A stretch of DNA of 64,000 nucleotides from Nemertoderma westbladi. Taxonomy: Eukaryota; Animalia; Xenacoelomorpha. Below the pieces are notes generated by a model. That model was given only the letters and a program-made list of their open reading frames with translations. It had not been told where the DNA came from and ran no database searches. Below, in pieces: positions 13,214 to 24,735 of this stretch (position 1 is the stretch's first letter; each line of letters starts with the position of its first letter). Made by a program: the position numbers and the translations under genes. The DNA lies in the NCBI GenBank assembly GCA_032718475.1, contig JAUCBJ010007050.1, positions 16,011 through 80,010 of the forward strand. The letters are read 5' to 3'.

Positions 13214-14423
13214 TCATTGTGTAGTTAAATATCCGTTCAGCCAATGAATAGTAAAGTCATGGATTAGTCCACAAGGAGGTCTAGGGACTATAGCCCCACA
13301 CCACACCCCCCCCCCCCCCCCCCCTCCCCCCTCCTTTCCCAACATAGATAAACTGTAACTATATCTGTAGTCTATATCGGATGGTTTCACTACCACATTA
13401 TGTACTGCCAGCAGTGCTATAATGCCTTCTTTATTTGTCTTTGGGTTTGGACGAAACACAAATATGTCTTGGTCAGCTGCTTGCAGCGGTCCCACTTCCT
13501 TTCCACCGCCTTCGATGGAGGCGGGTTTGCGTCTCCGACTCGGAGGAACAGTTTGAAATTGTTCCTCATCTCCATCATCAGCTATGCTGGGTGATAATCG
13601 TGGCCTTTTCATACTACCTGAAATTGAGCCTTGCTTCGAATGTGGTGGAGTAGCCCAGTTCGGGCCAGATTGGCCCTTTGTAAAATCACACCGCTGCCTG
13701 TTTAAGGGTGGCGGTCCTATATTACCATTGCTTCTCAAGGTGTAATTGGATATGCCTGATGTAGCTGCAGTTTTGTATGACTGTTTTTGCGGTAATGTCG
13801 TTGGTTGACTGTTTAATCCATTACCTGGCTGGATATTGTTCTGTGCTCCAGAAATCAGACCAGGCCAAGCAGCTTTTGCCTGTGCAGCATTACTGGATAA
13901 ATTTGAGAGTTTGTCAATAATATTCGATTCTAACGTTTTTAACTGCATGCAAAACGACTCTTTAGCCTCCCCTATTTTTTTCTCCATATTTTTTTTCATA
14001 AAATCAATTTGTGTTTTTATATCCTCTTCTTCAATGTCCATTGGCGTGCCCATTGCTAACTTTGGTAATGAAAGGGCCTCTAGGGCTCCAACAGCAATAA
14101 CTGGCAGTTTTCCCTGAGTCTAACTCGGCTAATTTGTCCATTATATCCTTAAGAATAGCCTGAGCTGCCGATCTATCGTTAGTGTCTTTTCTCTTAATAA
14201 AATCGATGTTTCCCACCTCCTCGAACAGCAGACGTTTCGCCTCCAATATCTCTTCTGCTGTATAGTGCTTAATGTATAGGCCTATACTAGAGGATCCTCC
14301 AGTTATCTCAATTGGTGAGAATGCCGAGGTAATGTTTGTTGACAACAACTGGCTCGAAACATTCTTCATCAGATTAATTTGTGAAATGGTAAATAAACTA
14401 AGTATTTTGTTAATAATATGCAA
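13214..14423 (-). pseudogene. Non-LTR retrotransposon ORF1-like remnant (frameshifted)
   Basis: YTAEEILEAKRLL...RK...ILKDIMDKL motif, a coiled coil and DIFVFR, all typical of invertebrate LINE ORF1; breaks at the poly-C tract ~13310; clade not assigned. Confidence 0.6.
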
Positions 14424-14442
14424 TTAAATAACATAAAAGTAT

Positions 14443-14651
14443 TGTAGTAAAGTAATAATATATCAGCATGTCTGGCTGTATAATATATAAGTGCCAACGT
14501 ACAGAAGTGCAAATGTATCCCGGTAATGCATGCAGTACTGATGCATGCAGTACGGAGATATACCCCAGGCCAAACTATATATCAGTAGTCCCATGGCCTA
14601 TGTATATGGGGCGAGTCATATAATATAGTCTGAAGTCCTGATGTCACTACA
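14443..14651 (-). repeat. 3' LTR of the Gypsy element
   Basis: tgtagtaaag...tgtcactaca; adjacent PPT gaagggggg on the minus strand. Confidence 0.97.
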
Positions 14652-14678
14652 CCCCCCTTCGAGCTCGTGTGTAGCGAG

Positions 14679-17050
14679 TTATAAACGCACAGGTGGTTTT
14701 CTGCGCCTAGAGGGATATCTGCGGGGTTGTGCTGGGCTCGTGTGTGCTTGGACCAGCTGGTGGTCCCATGTGACAGTTTTAGGTGGCCGGGATGAGTCAA
14801 TGTCTGCCGCGGCCGCTGGTGTATTGGCCAGGAGTTTGGCATCGCCGGAAGACCCTGGGAAGGAGGTGTCACGGAGTAGGAACCGACGATTCCGGGTGAT
14901 GGTGCGGCCGGAGGGGGTCCGGACCGTGAGTTTCCGGTGGGGTCCAGTCTCTACAACCGTACCCTTGCGGTTCCACCGCTTGGTACGGGGGTCCTGGATG
15001 AGGACCGGGTCGCTGACAGCAAGGGGAGGAAGGTTCTGAGCCGCTTTATTGTAGTTGGTGACTCGGGCAGCGTGTAACGCTGGGGAGACCTCGTCCAGGC
15101 GCCGCCTAGCGGCCTGGTGGTCTGATTTGAAGGCACTATGGTGCGCGGGAATGCGTGTTCGTAGTGGGTGCCCGTAAAGGATCTGGGACGGCGAGAATCC
15201 GCTCTCACGTGGGCTGTTACGGAGGGCCAGGAGACCCTCAGTGAAAGCTGCCGAATTTGGGGACCCTCCCGTTTTGCTGAGGAGGCCTTTGAGGTTGAGG
15301 GCCTTTACCGTGGCCTCAGCATGACCATTACCCTCCCTGGGGGTATTCCGCAGATGAGGTAACCGGGGTAACGCCCGACTCACGTAGGAAGTCGGTAGTT
15401 GTGGCGGCTGTGAGTGGTGTTCCGCCGTCTGAGCGGAGCCGGGTAGGGATGCCGTATCGAATAAACCACTGGTGGAGGGCGTTGGTGGTTTGAATGGCAT
15501 TTGGAGGACTTGGGAAGGTATATAGCTCCGGCCAGCCACTGTAGCGGTCCGCCATAGCGAGGAAGTGGCGACCATTGAGGGAGAAGAAGTCTGCAGAGAC
15601 GTCCTCGAACACGCGGGTGGGTGGGGGTTCCTCCAGGAATGGTTCTTTGGCGGGGTCGCCCGGTGACGTAAACAGGATGGGCAGCTGGCCACTGATGTCC
15701 TGACGTCATTGGTGAGCCCGTGCCAGTAGACGCACTGCCGGGCTCGTCGCAGCGATTTATCAACGCCTTGGTGAGGAGTGTGGAGGCGTTCCAGAGTAGT
15801 CTGGCGTGCTGCTGCGGGGATAATAAGACGCTGGCCGTAGAGAACTAGGTCACCGTCTGTGCTGAGTGACTCTCAAATCGACCAATAAATGCCCACTGCG
15901 GGGTCATTACGCGAAGTGGGGGGGAAACCGGTCTGAACCGCGGTGTGGAGAGCCACATAGTGTGGGTCCTCCCTGGCAACCACTGAAAGTTCTGCGAGGA
16001 CAGGGTCCTCCAGATGGTCGTCCCCGGCAATGGAGGAGACGGTACCGAGAGTGACGGTGCGGAGGTGGAAAGCGGTTTCACCATCTTCCACAAGGTCCGC
16101 AGTGGTGGGCTGGTCCACGGGGGAACGTGACAGCGCATCGGGAATGGCATGGTCCTTGCCGCGGCACCACGTGGTGGTGAAAATGTAGGGGGCAAGTTTC
16201 GACTTTAGCCGTTGTATGCGGGAGTTGTCGACGTCGCTGTAACCTTTGGTGTTAAGAATGCTCACCAATGGCTGGTGGTCGGTGACCAGCTGAAAGTGTG
16301 GGAGCCCGAGGAGGAAAGTGCGGCATTTGGTAACCGCCCAGACAACGGCCAAGAGTTCGAGTTCGATTGTGGCATACCGTGACTCGGTGTCGCTTGTGAA
16401 GCGGGAAGCAGCATTCGATAAGTTTCCACTCGGTATTGTGGAGTTGTAGGAGCGCGTAGCCCAGTCCTTTGAGGCGGGAAGCGTCCGTAACAAGGCGAGT
16501 TTCGTGTGATGTGTCGAATGGAGCCAGGACTGGAGGCGAAGTTAGAGCGTTTTTGGTCGCGACAAATGCTCGTTCATGGTCGCTGGTCCATATGTATTGA
16601 GATTTAATGCTGAGGAGTGGTCGGAGTGGGAGTATTGACTCGGCAATGGATGCGGAGAACGGAGCCAATTGCTCCACAAGGCCCACAAAGCTCCGCAGGT
16701 CAGTGAGATTTTCCGGTCGTGGAAAGCAGGCAATGGCCTTGAGTTTGTTCGGATCAGCGCGGATGCTGTCGGCCCCAACTAGGAAGCCACCGAACTTGAC
16801 TTCGTGTTGAGCGAGTTGCACTTTAGCGGGGTGTAGACAGATACCGCTGGTCCGGCATCGCTCGAGGAATCGTTGGATACTATTGAGGTGTTCCTCCAGT
16901 GTATTGTCAAATAGAAGAACGTCGTCAACTATTTTAACCATCCGCGGAAGTCCTCGGAGCGCGTCGTCGCCCCGGCGGTTGAACTCGTCCCCGGAGGAGA
17001 TTAGGCCCATTACACTGCGGAGGTGTTTATACCGGCCCCCATGGAGTGAG
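14679..17050 (-). pseudogene. pol: Gypsy pol remainder (RT, RNase H, integrase) split by several frameshifts
   Basis: IVDD (RT); TDAS and YATIELELLA..TDHQPL (RNase H); RSDGG and NGHAE (IN), spread across different frames. Confidence 0.9.
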
Positions 17051-19276
17051 GAATGTGGTGAGCGCCTGGGATTCCTCATCCAAGGGCACCTGCCAATATC
17101 CGTGGGCGACATCGAAAACGGAGAAATATCGCGCAGTACTGGCGACCTCCGCGACAGCAATTCGTGGATTTGGCGTCGGGTAAAATGGTCGCTTTACCTG
17201 GGAGTTCAGGTGGCGGAGGTCCATGCACAACCGTAATTTCCCGCTAGGTTTCCGTGCGACTGTTAGCGGGTGAGCCCAATCGGTGGGTTCATCCACCCGC
17301 TGGATGACTTTCCGGCGTTCGAGGTCGTCCAGTAGAACCTTAACCTCGTTTCGGAGTGCGAAAGGGATCGGTCGGACGCCGTTAACGTGGTAAGGTGTGG
17401 CGCCATCCTTGAGATCGATGTGCATAGGGGGTCCGGGGATAGTGGAGAGAGGGACGGCCTCGTCGTCGAACACATCCGCAAACTTCTCAAGGAGTATGGT
17501 TGGGTTTAGCACCGGTCCGGATTGTGGTGCATGTGGAGTGGTGGTGGCTGGTTTGGCAGCCTGGATGTGGGACGCTAAGTTCCATCTGGCGGAATGATTG
17601 TGACCTCGCGAGTTCGGTGTAGGAAAGTTGGACGGGAGAATCCCTAAGTCCATGCACACCGCCTTACTGAGGATTAATCCTTCAGTTTCTGGGGAGATTA
17701 CGATTTCCGTCGTTGTTCGTGATTCTCCGCATTTGATAGTGGCCGGGTAGCGGCCTCTTGTTTGGATGGGCAGTCCGTCTGCTGCCACCAAATCTAGGTC
17801 CGAGGAGGGAAGCAGAGATGTGTCGAGGCCCCCCAACTCGTGATAAAGATCCTCGTTGAGGATTGAAGCAGCCGCGCCGCTGTCCGGTAGCGCGCGGTGG
17901 ATGGTACCCAGAATGTCGCCGGTTCCGGATTTGGACAGACCCACAGAAACGTAGTCCAGTTGGCAAACGGCAGCCCGGTACTGGAGGTGATTCACGGAAT
18001 TGCGGGGGAGAACTGTATGTGTTTTTGCATTTTTGGGAATGGATCCGCCGGACCTGCATACGGTGTGGAAGTGCCCGATCTTCCCGCATCGATGACATTC
18101 GATATCGCGGGCAGGGCAGGAAGCCCTGTTGGGGGCATGTGGGTGGCCGCAATTGCCACAGTTTTTGCGGCGGTCCTCGCTGGGGGCGTGGTCTCTCCTG
18201 TATTGTTGTTGACCCGTTGAGGAGCCGGGTTTCTGGTATCCGGGATTAGGATTTCCGTTACGCATAGGGGAGCGACCCCGCTGTTGTTGGTACCGTGAAA
18301 CTTTGGCGATGGAGCGGGTACCACCCAGGATGGACTGGTTTTTTCCGCTGGCCTCCCAACTCTGGCATATTTTTATGCAGTCCTCGATGGTGGGTTGGGG
18401 AAGTACCTTCAACAGTTCGGTTTGGGTTTCGGCGGAATTTTGTCCGACCAGAATCTGTGTCACGATTTGGTTTTCTCTGCAGTGGTTGCAGAGTTCGGCG
18501 TTATCCGCTAATTCCACCAACGAGACGTGGAACGCGTCAAAGGGTTCCTGGGGCCCCTGTCGACGTTTATGGAATGCGAGGCGGTCCAAGGCGATGCTCC
18601 GTTTGGAGCGGAGATGGGCCTGCAGTCCATCGAGAATTCGTTCGGTGGTTGTATCGACGCTGTTCAGGTCGATGTGGAGGGTGACTGACACGACCTCCTG
18701 TAGGTCAGAACCGAGGGCAGAGATAAGGGCGTAAACTTGCTCCCCACGCGGGTAAGTTTCCGCCTGCTTGCGACGTCCATTAACATCCCAGCTTTTCCGC
18801 CAATGGCGGAAAGCGGGCAGGTCGACGGTAGTGTCGAGTCTGTCAAGGTTTGTGACGTCGATGAGACGCCGTCGGTTTACTGGTGCAGCGGCGGCGGCTG
18901 CTCCGGCGGCAGGTTCAACTGCGGGATCAACTGGGTTAGGGCGACCCAGTTGGGCAAGGAGGTCCATTAACCGGGCGTCGGATCGGGCCTGTTGCTCCGC
19001 CATGCGGACCTCGGTCTGCTCGAGAACCACAGCCAGGCGAGCATCCGAGTCCGCCTGTTGTTTAGCGAGGATCATCGCGAAATCCGGAGTACGTGGGACC
19101 GTGGGGGTGTCGTCCGATATTGTTGCGATTAAACGTTTGCGGAGGTTTAGGGTGGAAGTTCGGCCGTCATAATGAACTCCGGCGTCAGCACAATACTGTA
19201 GCAGCGACTGACGGTCCAGCTGCTGTATTTCCTCCGGGGTGAGGTCCAGCCATTCGGTGTCGCCGGCGACCGACAT
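17027..19276 (-). CDS. gag-pol: Gypsy Gag-protease-RT N-terminal part
   Basis: Zinc knuckles CGNCGHPH..C and CHRCGKIGHFHTVC, protease ALPDSGA, RT start WAHPL...LRLCMDLRHLN. Confidence 0.92.
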   Translation of the reverse strand: MSVAGDTEWLDLTPEEIQQLDRQSLLQYCADAGVHYDGRTSTLNLRKRLIATISDDTPTVPRTPDFAMILAKQQADSDARLAVVLEQTEVRMAEQQARSDARLMDLLAQLGRPNPVDPAVEPAAGAAAAAAPVNRRRLIDVTNLDRLDTTVDLPAFRHWRKSWDVNGRRKQAETYPRGEQVYALISALGSDLQEVVSVTLHIDLNSVDTTTERILDGLQAHLRSKRSIALDRLAFHKRRQGPQEPFDAFHVSLVELADNAELCNHCRENQIVTQILVGQNSAETQTELLKVLPQPTIEDCIKICQSWEASGKNQSILGGTRSIAKVSRYQQQRGRSPMRNGNPNPGYQKPGSSTGQQQYRRDHAPSEDRRKNCGNCGHPHAPNRASCPARDIECHRCGKIGHFHTVCRSGGSIPKNAKTHTVLPRNSVNHLQYRAAVCQLDYVSVGLSKSGTGDILGTIHRALPDSGAAASILNEDLYHELGGLDTSLLPSSDLDLVAADGLPIQTRGRYPATIKCGESRTTTEIVISPETEGLILSKAVCMDLGILPSNFPTPNSRGHNHSARWNLASHIQAAKPATTTPHAPQSGPVLNPTILLEKFADVFDDEAVPLSTIPGPPMHIDLKDGATPYHVNGVRPIPFALRNEVKVLLDDLERRKVIQRVDEPTDWAHPLTVARKPSGKLRLCMDLRHLNSQVKRPFYPTPNPRIAVAEVASTARYFSVFDVAHGYWQVPLDEESQALTTFLTPWGPV

Positions 19277-19326
19277 CGTATCAGCTGCTGGAGTCTATAT
19301 TGATCCCCGGCGGATCGTAGATAGAG

Positions 19327-19341
19327 CTACTCGCAGCGCCA
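19327..19341 (-). promoter_or_regulatory. Primer-binding site TGGCGCTGCGAGTAG (tRNA-Ser-like)
   Basis: Begins with TGG immediately after the 5' LTR; resembles the complement of tRNA-Ser 3' ends. Confidence 0.75.
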
Positions 19342-19550
19342 TGTAGTAAAGTAATAATATATCAGCATGTCTGGCTGTATAATATATAAGTGCCAACGTA
19401 CAGAAGTGCAAATGTATCCCGGTAATGCATGCAGTACTGATGCATGCAGTACGGAGATATACCCCAGGCCAAACTATATATCAGTAGTCCCATGGCCTAT
19501 GTATATGGGGCGAGTCATATAATATAGTCTGAAGTCCTGATGTCACTACA
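19342..19550 (-). repeat. 5' LTR of the Gypsy element
   Basis: Matches 14443-14651 by eye. Confidence 0.97.
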
Positions 19551-22214
19551 AGTATTTACTGTATATTCAAAATAATATTGTGTATATAATTTATCAAGAT
19601 TAGAGATGCGAGTCAGGAAATGTAAGGAAATTTTCTAGACATTTTTCCCACAATTTCGTATTTTATTAATTGTTGTTATATAAAATTAACTTTTAATTTT
19701 GTAATTCCCGCCCAAACTCTCCAACCTCCAATATCACATTGCCCCCCCCCCCCCCCCACCCCTTTCTTGTTACTTCTGATACGCTAAAATGTTAACATCC
19801 ACTGATCTCTTTACCCGTTCAACATGCTCAAATACATTCCACATTCCCTGTGGCACCCATCTGTCTATGGGTGAGGTGAATGATCTATCTCGGTGCTGTG
19901 CTGGTATTTATTGCATTTTTTGTACTCAGATACTCAGTACTACTAATAAAACTTGCAACACAGATTTTGTTGTCTCCAAATTGCAAACAATGGTTCAAGA
20001 TTATTCTGCCAATGGATCCTTCTTTTTATTGTGGGCCCAAATGTTCCCCAAAGCGACACATAGTCGAGGCATAGACCTGTCGACGTCAATTACGCCCGAT
20101 AAAAGGCTGTCACTGTCAATATGATGATGGCGGTGTTGTTAAATAGAACCAATTATACATCCACTATTCGGATGGGGGGGGGGGGCATTTTGAGGGCGGA
20201 AACGTCCTTGACTCGCATGGCATACACCTCTCAGCTATGGGCCAAGGCAAGTTATATGCAACACTACAGCACGCCCTTGTCACTTGTTAAACCCTCACTA
20301 TAAAATATAATCACACCATTATATAATATATACAACACTACAGCACGCCCTTTTCACTGTTGTTGTTAAACCCTCACTATAAAATATAATCGCACTATTA
20401 TATAATATCTGAGTGGCTCTTATAAATAAGAGCCACGAAATCAAATAATGAAAACAGCAGACGACTGACAGCAGACACCCGAGCGTGGGGGTGGGTGTTG
20501 GGGTGGGTGGTGTCTGGGATGGAGGTGCGGGTGAGGGTAGTGTAAGTTTCAGAAGAAAAACACAACAATTACGATTACAATGACGTAAAAGTATAGTAAA
20601 ATGAAACTTGGAAGCTTTTCTGTTTTAAAGAATGTAATATTTTTGGACCTGAATCTGGTTGTACTTGCCCTTTTTATATAATAAGGATTGACTTGCCCTT
20701 TTTTATAATCTGGATTGATTTGCCATTATTTTTACCAAATTCTTAAGAACAGTATATATATCTGGACCATCACTAGACATTACATTAACTTAATTAGTAA
20801 TTACATGCAATGCCCTGATATGCCTCAAATACATAGGTTTAATACCTGAGTGTAGGCTATTTAAACTTACTTACATAAACTTACTTACCATATTTAGTGT
20901 GCTACAGTAGTATAGTAGACCTACCAGTACCGGCATGATGAATACAAAACCTGAAATCATAAAGACTAATTTCTACAAATGGTACCCTGAACCTGGTTGT
21001 AGGCTAGTTAAACGTACTTACAGATTCACCTTACCATTAAACAAATTTGTTAAATGTGCTTTTGGTCCAAAAGTTAACATTTTATGAATAATATTAAATC
21101 AGCAATAAAATTGAACAAATCGCTACCATGTTAGGAATTACCCTAGGTAGGCTACAAACCTATTTCAAATGATAACTGTCTGCAACACTACTTGAAGCTG
21201 TAATACTGTAGTAAACAGTATACTAAGAGTGGACTTTGAAATAGTTATGTTCTGTTCAGACAGACATATTTGCAGCACTACTGGTACGCCTACTGGTACA
21301 TCCAAATAGGTAGGCCTACATTCAAAACATTATTACTCTACAAAAACCAATAAATGAATAGTAAATGGAATCCCTTACATCCTAAACAAACAATTTGTAT
21401 AGTAGCCAATGGCAGATCATCTTGTAGTTAATTGGTTTTTTTTAATGATTGATTCCACTGTAGTTTAGTTTGAATGTAGGAAGTGTGGAAGGAGAGCCTA
21501 CTAATATGTTTTAGTAGGTATATCTTGGGTCGAACCAGGCAGATTGGTGTAGATGGGAGAGTAGCAAGAGTTCACATTGGCTTATTAACAATATACATCA
21601 TCCAGTTAAACCCTGGCCTCAGCTTTAGAATCTTATTGAGTATTGAGAAATAACAGTAATTATGTATGGAGGTTTATTTATGCCTGGGATGGAACTGGGA
21701 GCAGGGCTGCTGAAAGGGCCTGGGGTAATGTATTTGTGGAAAATCCGGGCCCCCATTATATTTTGATGTGAAATAGGTGTAACTAGACTAGCAAGTACAC
21801 GATGCTCCATGGGGGAGGGAGGGGGGGGGGGGGGGGGGGGGTTAGTTTCGGTTCAAACATTTATGGTCTCCTGAAATATATTTTTGAGATGTTAGATATC
21901 TGGGTAAAATTTGGACATGAGCGTTATTCCTATTCTCTTAGTGACACTCTCGTATTCCTCACGAAAGCAGGGGGGTGATATTTATGTATTACTAACAAGT
22001 TGAATAGTTAATGGAAAAAATGGTCCCTCATTCATGTCAGAAACGAAAACAAGTCGGAACAACAAGTATCCGCCATTGTATAAGCTGCTTAACAGCAATA
22101 TATTATTATTAAATCATATCAAGAAAGTTGGCATTGCCTGATGACCAACCCAAAAGATAAAAAAACAGAAAAAAACTGTCCCTGAACCCTTGTATTATTT
22201 GTATATATCAAGCA

Positions 22215-22495
22215 GCACAGACGATGAAGAAGAAATATTGGATCAAGATGGCTCGGCAGATGGTTGTAGTGAAGATAACAGGCAAGAAGAAGTTGAGTGT
22301 GGAGAAGAGGCTTTATTGTCTTGTGTGCGCCTGAGGAAGGGTGGTACTTTTTGGCCTGCACGAATTGAGGTGCCCCCTGTGGGTGCAGCTGCTCCAAAGC
22401 CAAGAAATTATAAAGATTATTTTAAATGGGTATTTTTCTAGGCTTGAACAATTACGCATGGATTAAACATACATCCAGTGACTACATTTTCAAAA
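22215..22495 (+). pseudogene. Acidic linker plus PWWP-like domain fragment (frameshifted)
   Basis: GGTFWPARI...WVF then, in a shifted frame, FLGLNNYAWIK, matching the PWWP pattern WPA...V.FFG..NYAWI. Confidence 0.6.
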
Positions 22496-22539
22496 AAAAA
22501 ATTTCATAAAATCTAATAACATCTGGAAAAATGGAGAAC

Positions 22540-23130
22540 ATCTACAAAGATGGGGTCTGGAAGACCAAGTAGGTTTTCAAAAGAAGAAGAAGATGCTTGG
22601 TCTCAGTAGTGAAATCCTTTACAGAGTTTGGATTTCCACTAGGGGAATGTGAATTTTTGGACTTAACGGAATCTTATATAAATAAGATAGGAAAATAAGT
22701 TCTCTTTCCGAAAACAGTTGGGCGACCCGGTGAGGAGTTCGTCTTTTCATGAAGCACTGGAAATGTGAGTTATCAATACGTACCCCTGCATTGCTCACGT
22801 TGTCGAGGACAATGGGCTGCAATCGCACAGTAGTCGAAGCATGGTTTGCCCTTCTGAAAAAATATATTGACAATCATGGATTGGCAGATAGGCCAGCACA
22901 AATATTAAGTTTTGATGAAAGTGGAATGGGAACCAACCCAAATCGAAAAAATATCATTGCAAAGAAAGGAGCCAAAAATCAAACTAACATTATCCCTGGG
23001 TCAGGCAAGGAGCAATACACAATCCTCTCTACTGTGAGTGCCTCACCGAAAAATTACCCACCGCACATTGTTTATCAAGGAAATAATTTATATGGGGAAT
23101 GGATGGAAGGTGGGCCACCAGGCGCCTTAA
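22540..23130 (+). pseudogene. pogo/Fot1-like DDE transposase fragment
   Basis: GRPSRFSKEEE, FGFPL, RPGEEF, RTPALLTLSR, ILSFDESG, KEQYTIL, PPHIVY; truncated. Confidence 0.85.
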
Positions 23131-23519
23131 TGGTGTTAAATAGATGGATGAAACTACCAGTGTCTATAATGAGTATTTCAAACATTTAATTTTTTACTTT
23201 TATCCATAGGATATAAGTATAAGATAAGATATAGGTATAAGATATAAGTACTCACCTCCCTTGCAAGCCTCCCTGTGATCGTCCTGTATGTCTTGTCACA
23301 ACAATAGTATATAGAAATTGTCGAAATTGGAGGATCAAAATTTTTTTGGCTAGGCCTTGCTACGCCCCAAGCTGCCATTCAAATTAAAGATCAACATATA
23401 TACAACAAAATTATTGCTAAACTGGGTTTCCCCAATTTGCCCAAAAGGACAAAAAATGACATCCAAATATTGATATCAATACCAAAATTGAAGGATTTCA
23501 CTCTTGGTACTTACCAAAA

Positions 23520-24735
23520 ATAGCACTTATAAACGAAATGGAGAATTGACACCAGTTTTAATCGAATCAGCACCCTCGAAAACCTGTAAATACCGACAAT
23601 TATCAATTTCTGTCTAACAGTATAGATTTTAACATATTGTGCCATGCAGCCATGTGCCACAAATATGTGTCACATGCTAAACTGGCACAACTGTGTGATA
23701 GCGGAATTTTAAACTATTTTCAATCGTATCAGCACCCTTGAAAACCCATAAGTACTGAAAATTGTCAATTTTTGTCTAGCAGGATAAATTTTGATATTTT
23801 ATGCCATGTGCCGCAAACATTTGCCACATGCTAAAGTGGCACAATTATGGAACCACGGGATTTGAAACTATTTGTAATCGTATCGGCACCCTTGAAATCC
23901 TATAAATAATGAAAATTCTAAATTTCTATCTAGCAGTAGATATATTTGTATCTTGTGCCAAGTTCCGCAAACATGTGCCACATGTTAAAGTGGCACGTCT
24001 GAGTGACAGCGGAATTTGAAACTATTTGCAATCGAATCAGCACCCTCTAAAACCTCTAAATACTGAAAATTGTCAATTTCTGACTATCTGTAGTAAGTTT
24101 GATATTTTGTGCTATATGCTGAAAACATGTGCCACATGCTAAAGTGGCACGTCTGAGTGACAGCGAAATTTGAAACTATTTGAAATAGAATCAGCACCCT
24201 CAAAAACCTCTAAATACTGTAAATTATCAATTTTTGACTATCACTAATATGTAATAAGTATTAATAATTAATATTAATTAGTAATAATAATTCGCAATGA
24301 GTGTGACCGCAGTCCACTTAGCGACCGCTCCCCCACCCCCCAGTGGCGTCTGAAGAGTGATGCCTCGGTTGTGAAGAACAGACCAAGTCTATTATAATAA
24401 CCAAAGCGAGAAAGCATATTTGTTACTGTAATAGTTATCCGGTTATTGGGTAATAAGTATATTGGTGTTGGTGAATATTCAATATTTCAGAATTGAAATC
24501 CTAGTTGTCATTGTATTATTTATACTGCATTATAATTATATTCTACGAGGCCAAAACATATTTGGTTATTATCTAGGATACTCAATATATGGGATAATTA
24601 GCTAAAATAAGTAATAAGTAATAATATTTTGTGCCATATGCCTCAAACATGTGCCACGTGCCTAATTTGTCTAATCTGTGCCACCACGGAATTTGAAACT
24701 ATTTGCAATCGCATCAGCACTCTGGGAAACTCATG
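23520..24735. repeat. Tandem satellite, ~154-bp unit, interrupted by a ~375-bp insert (~24250-24625)
   Basis: atcgaatcagcaccctcgaaaacc variants at 23561, 23723, 23877, 24031, 24185 and ~24708; palindrome gtgccacatgctaaagtggcac in each unit. Confidence 0.88.

Larger units (their letters stand above)
14443..19550 (-). mobile_element. Full-length Ty3/Gypsy (Mag-like) LTR retrotransposon, recent insertion
   Basis: Two 209-bp TG..CA LTRs that look identical; TSD AGTAT at 14438-14442 and 19551-19555; PBS, PPT and gag-PR-RT-RH-IN order. Confidence 0.97.
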
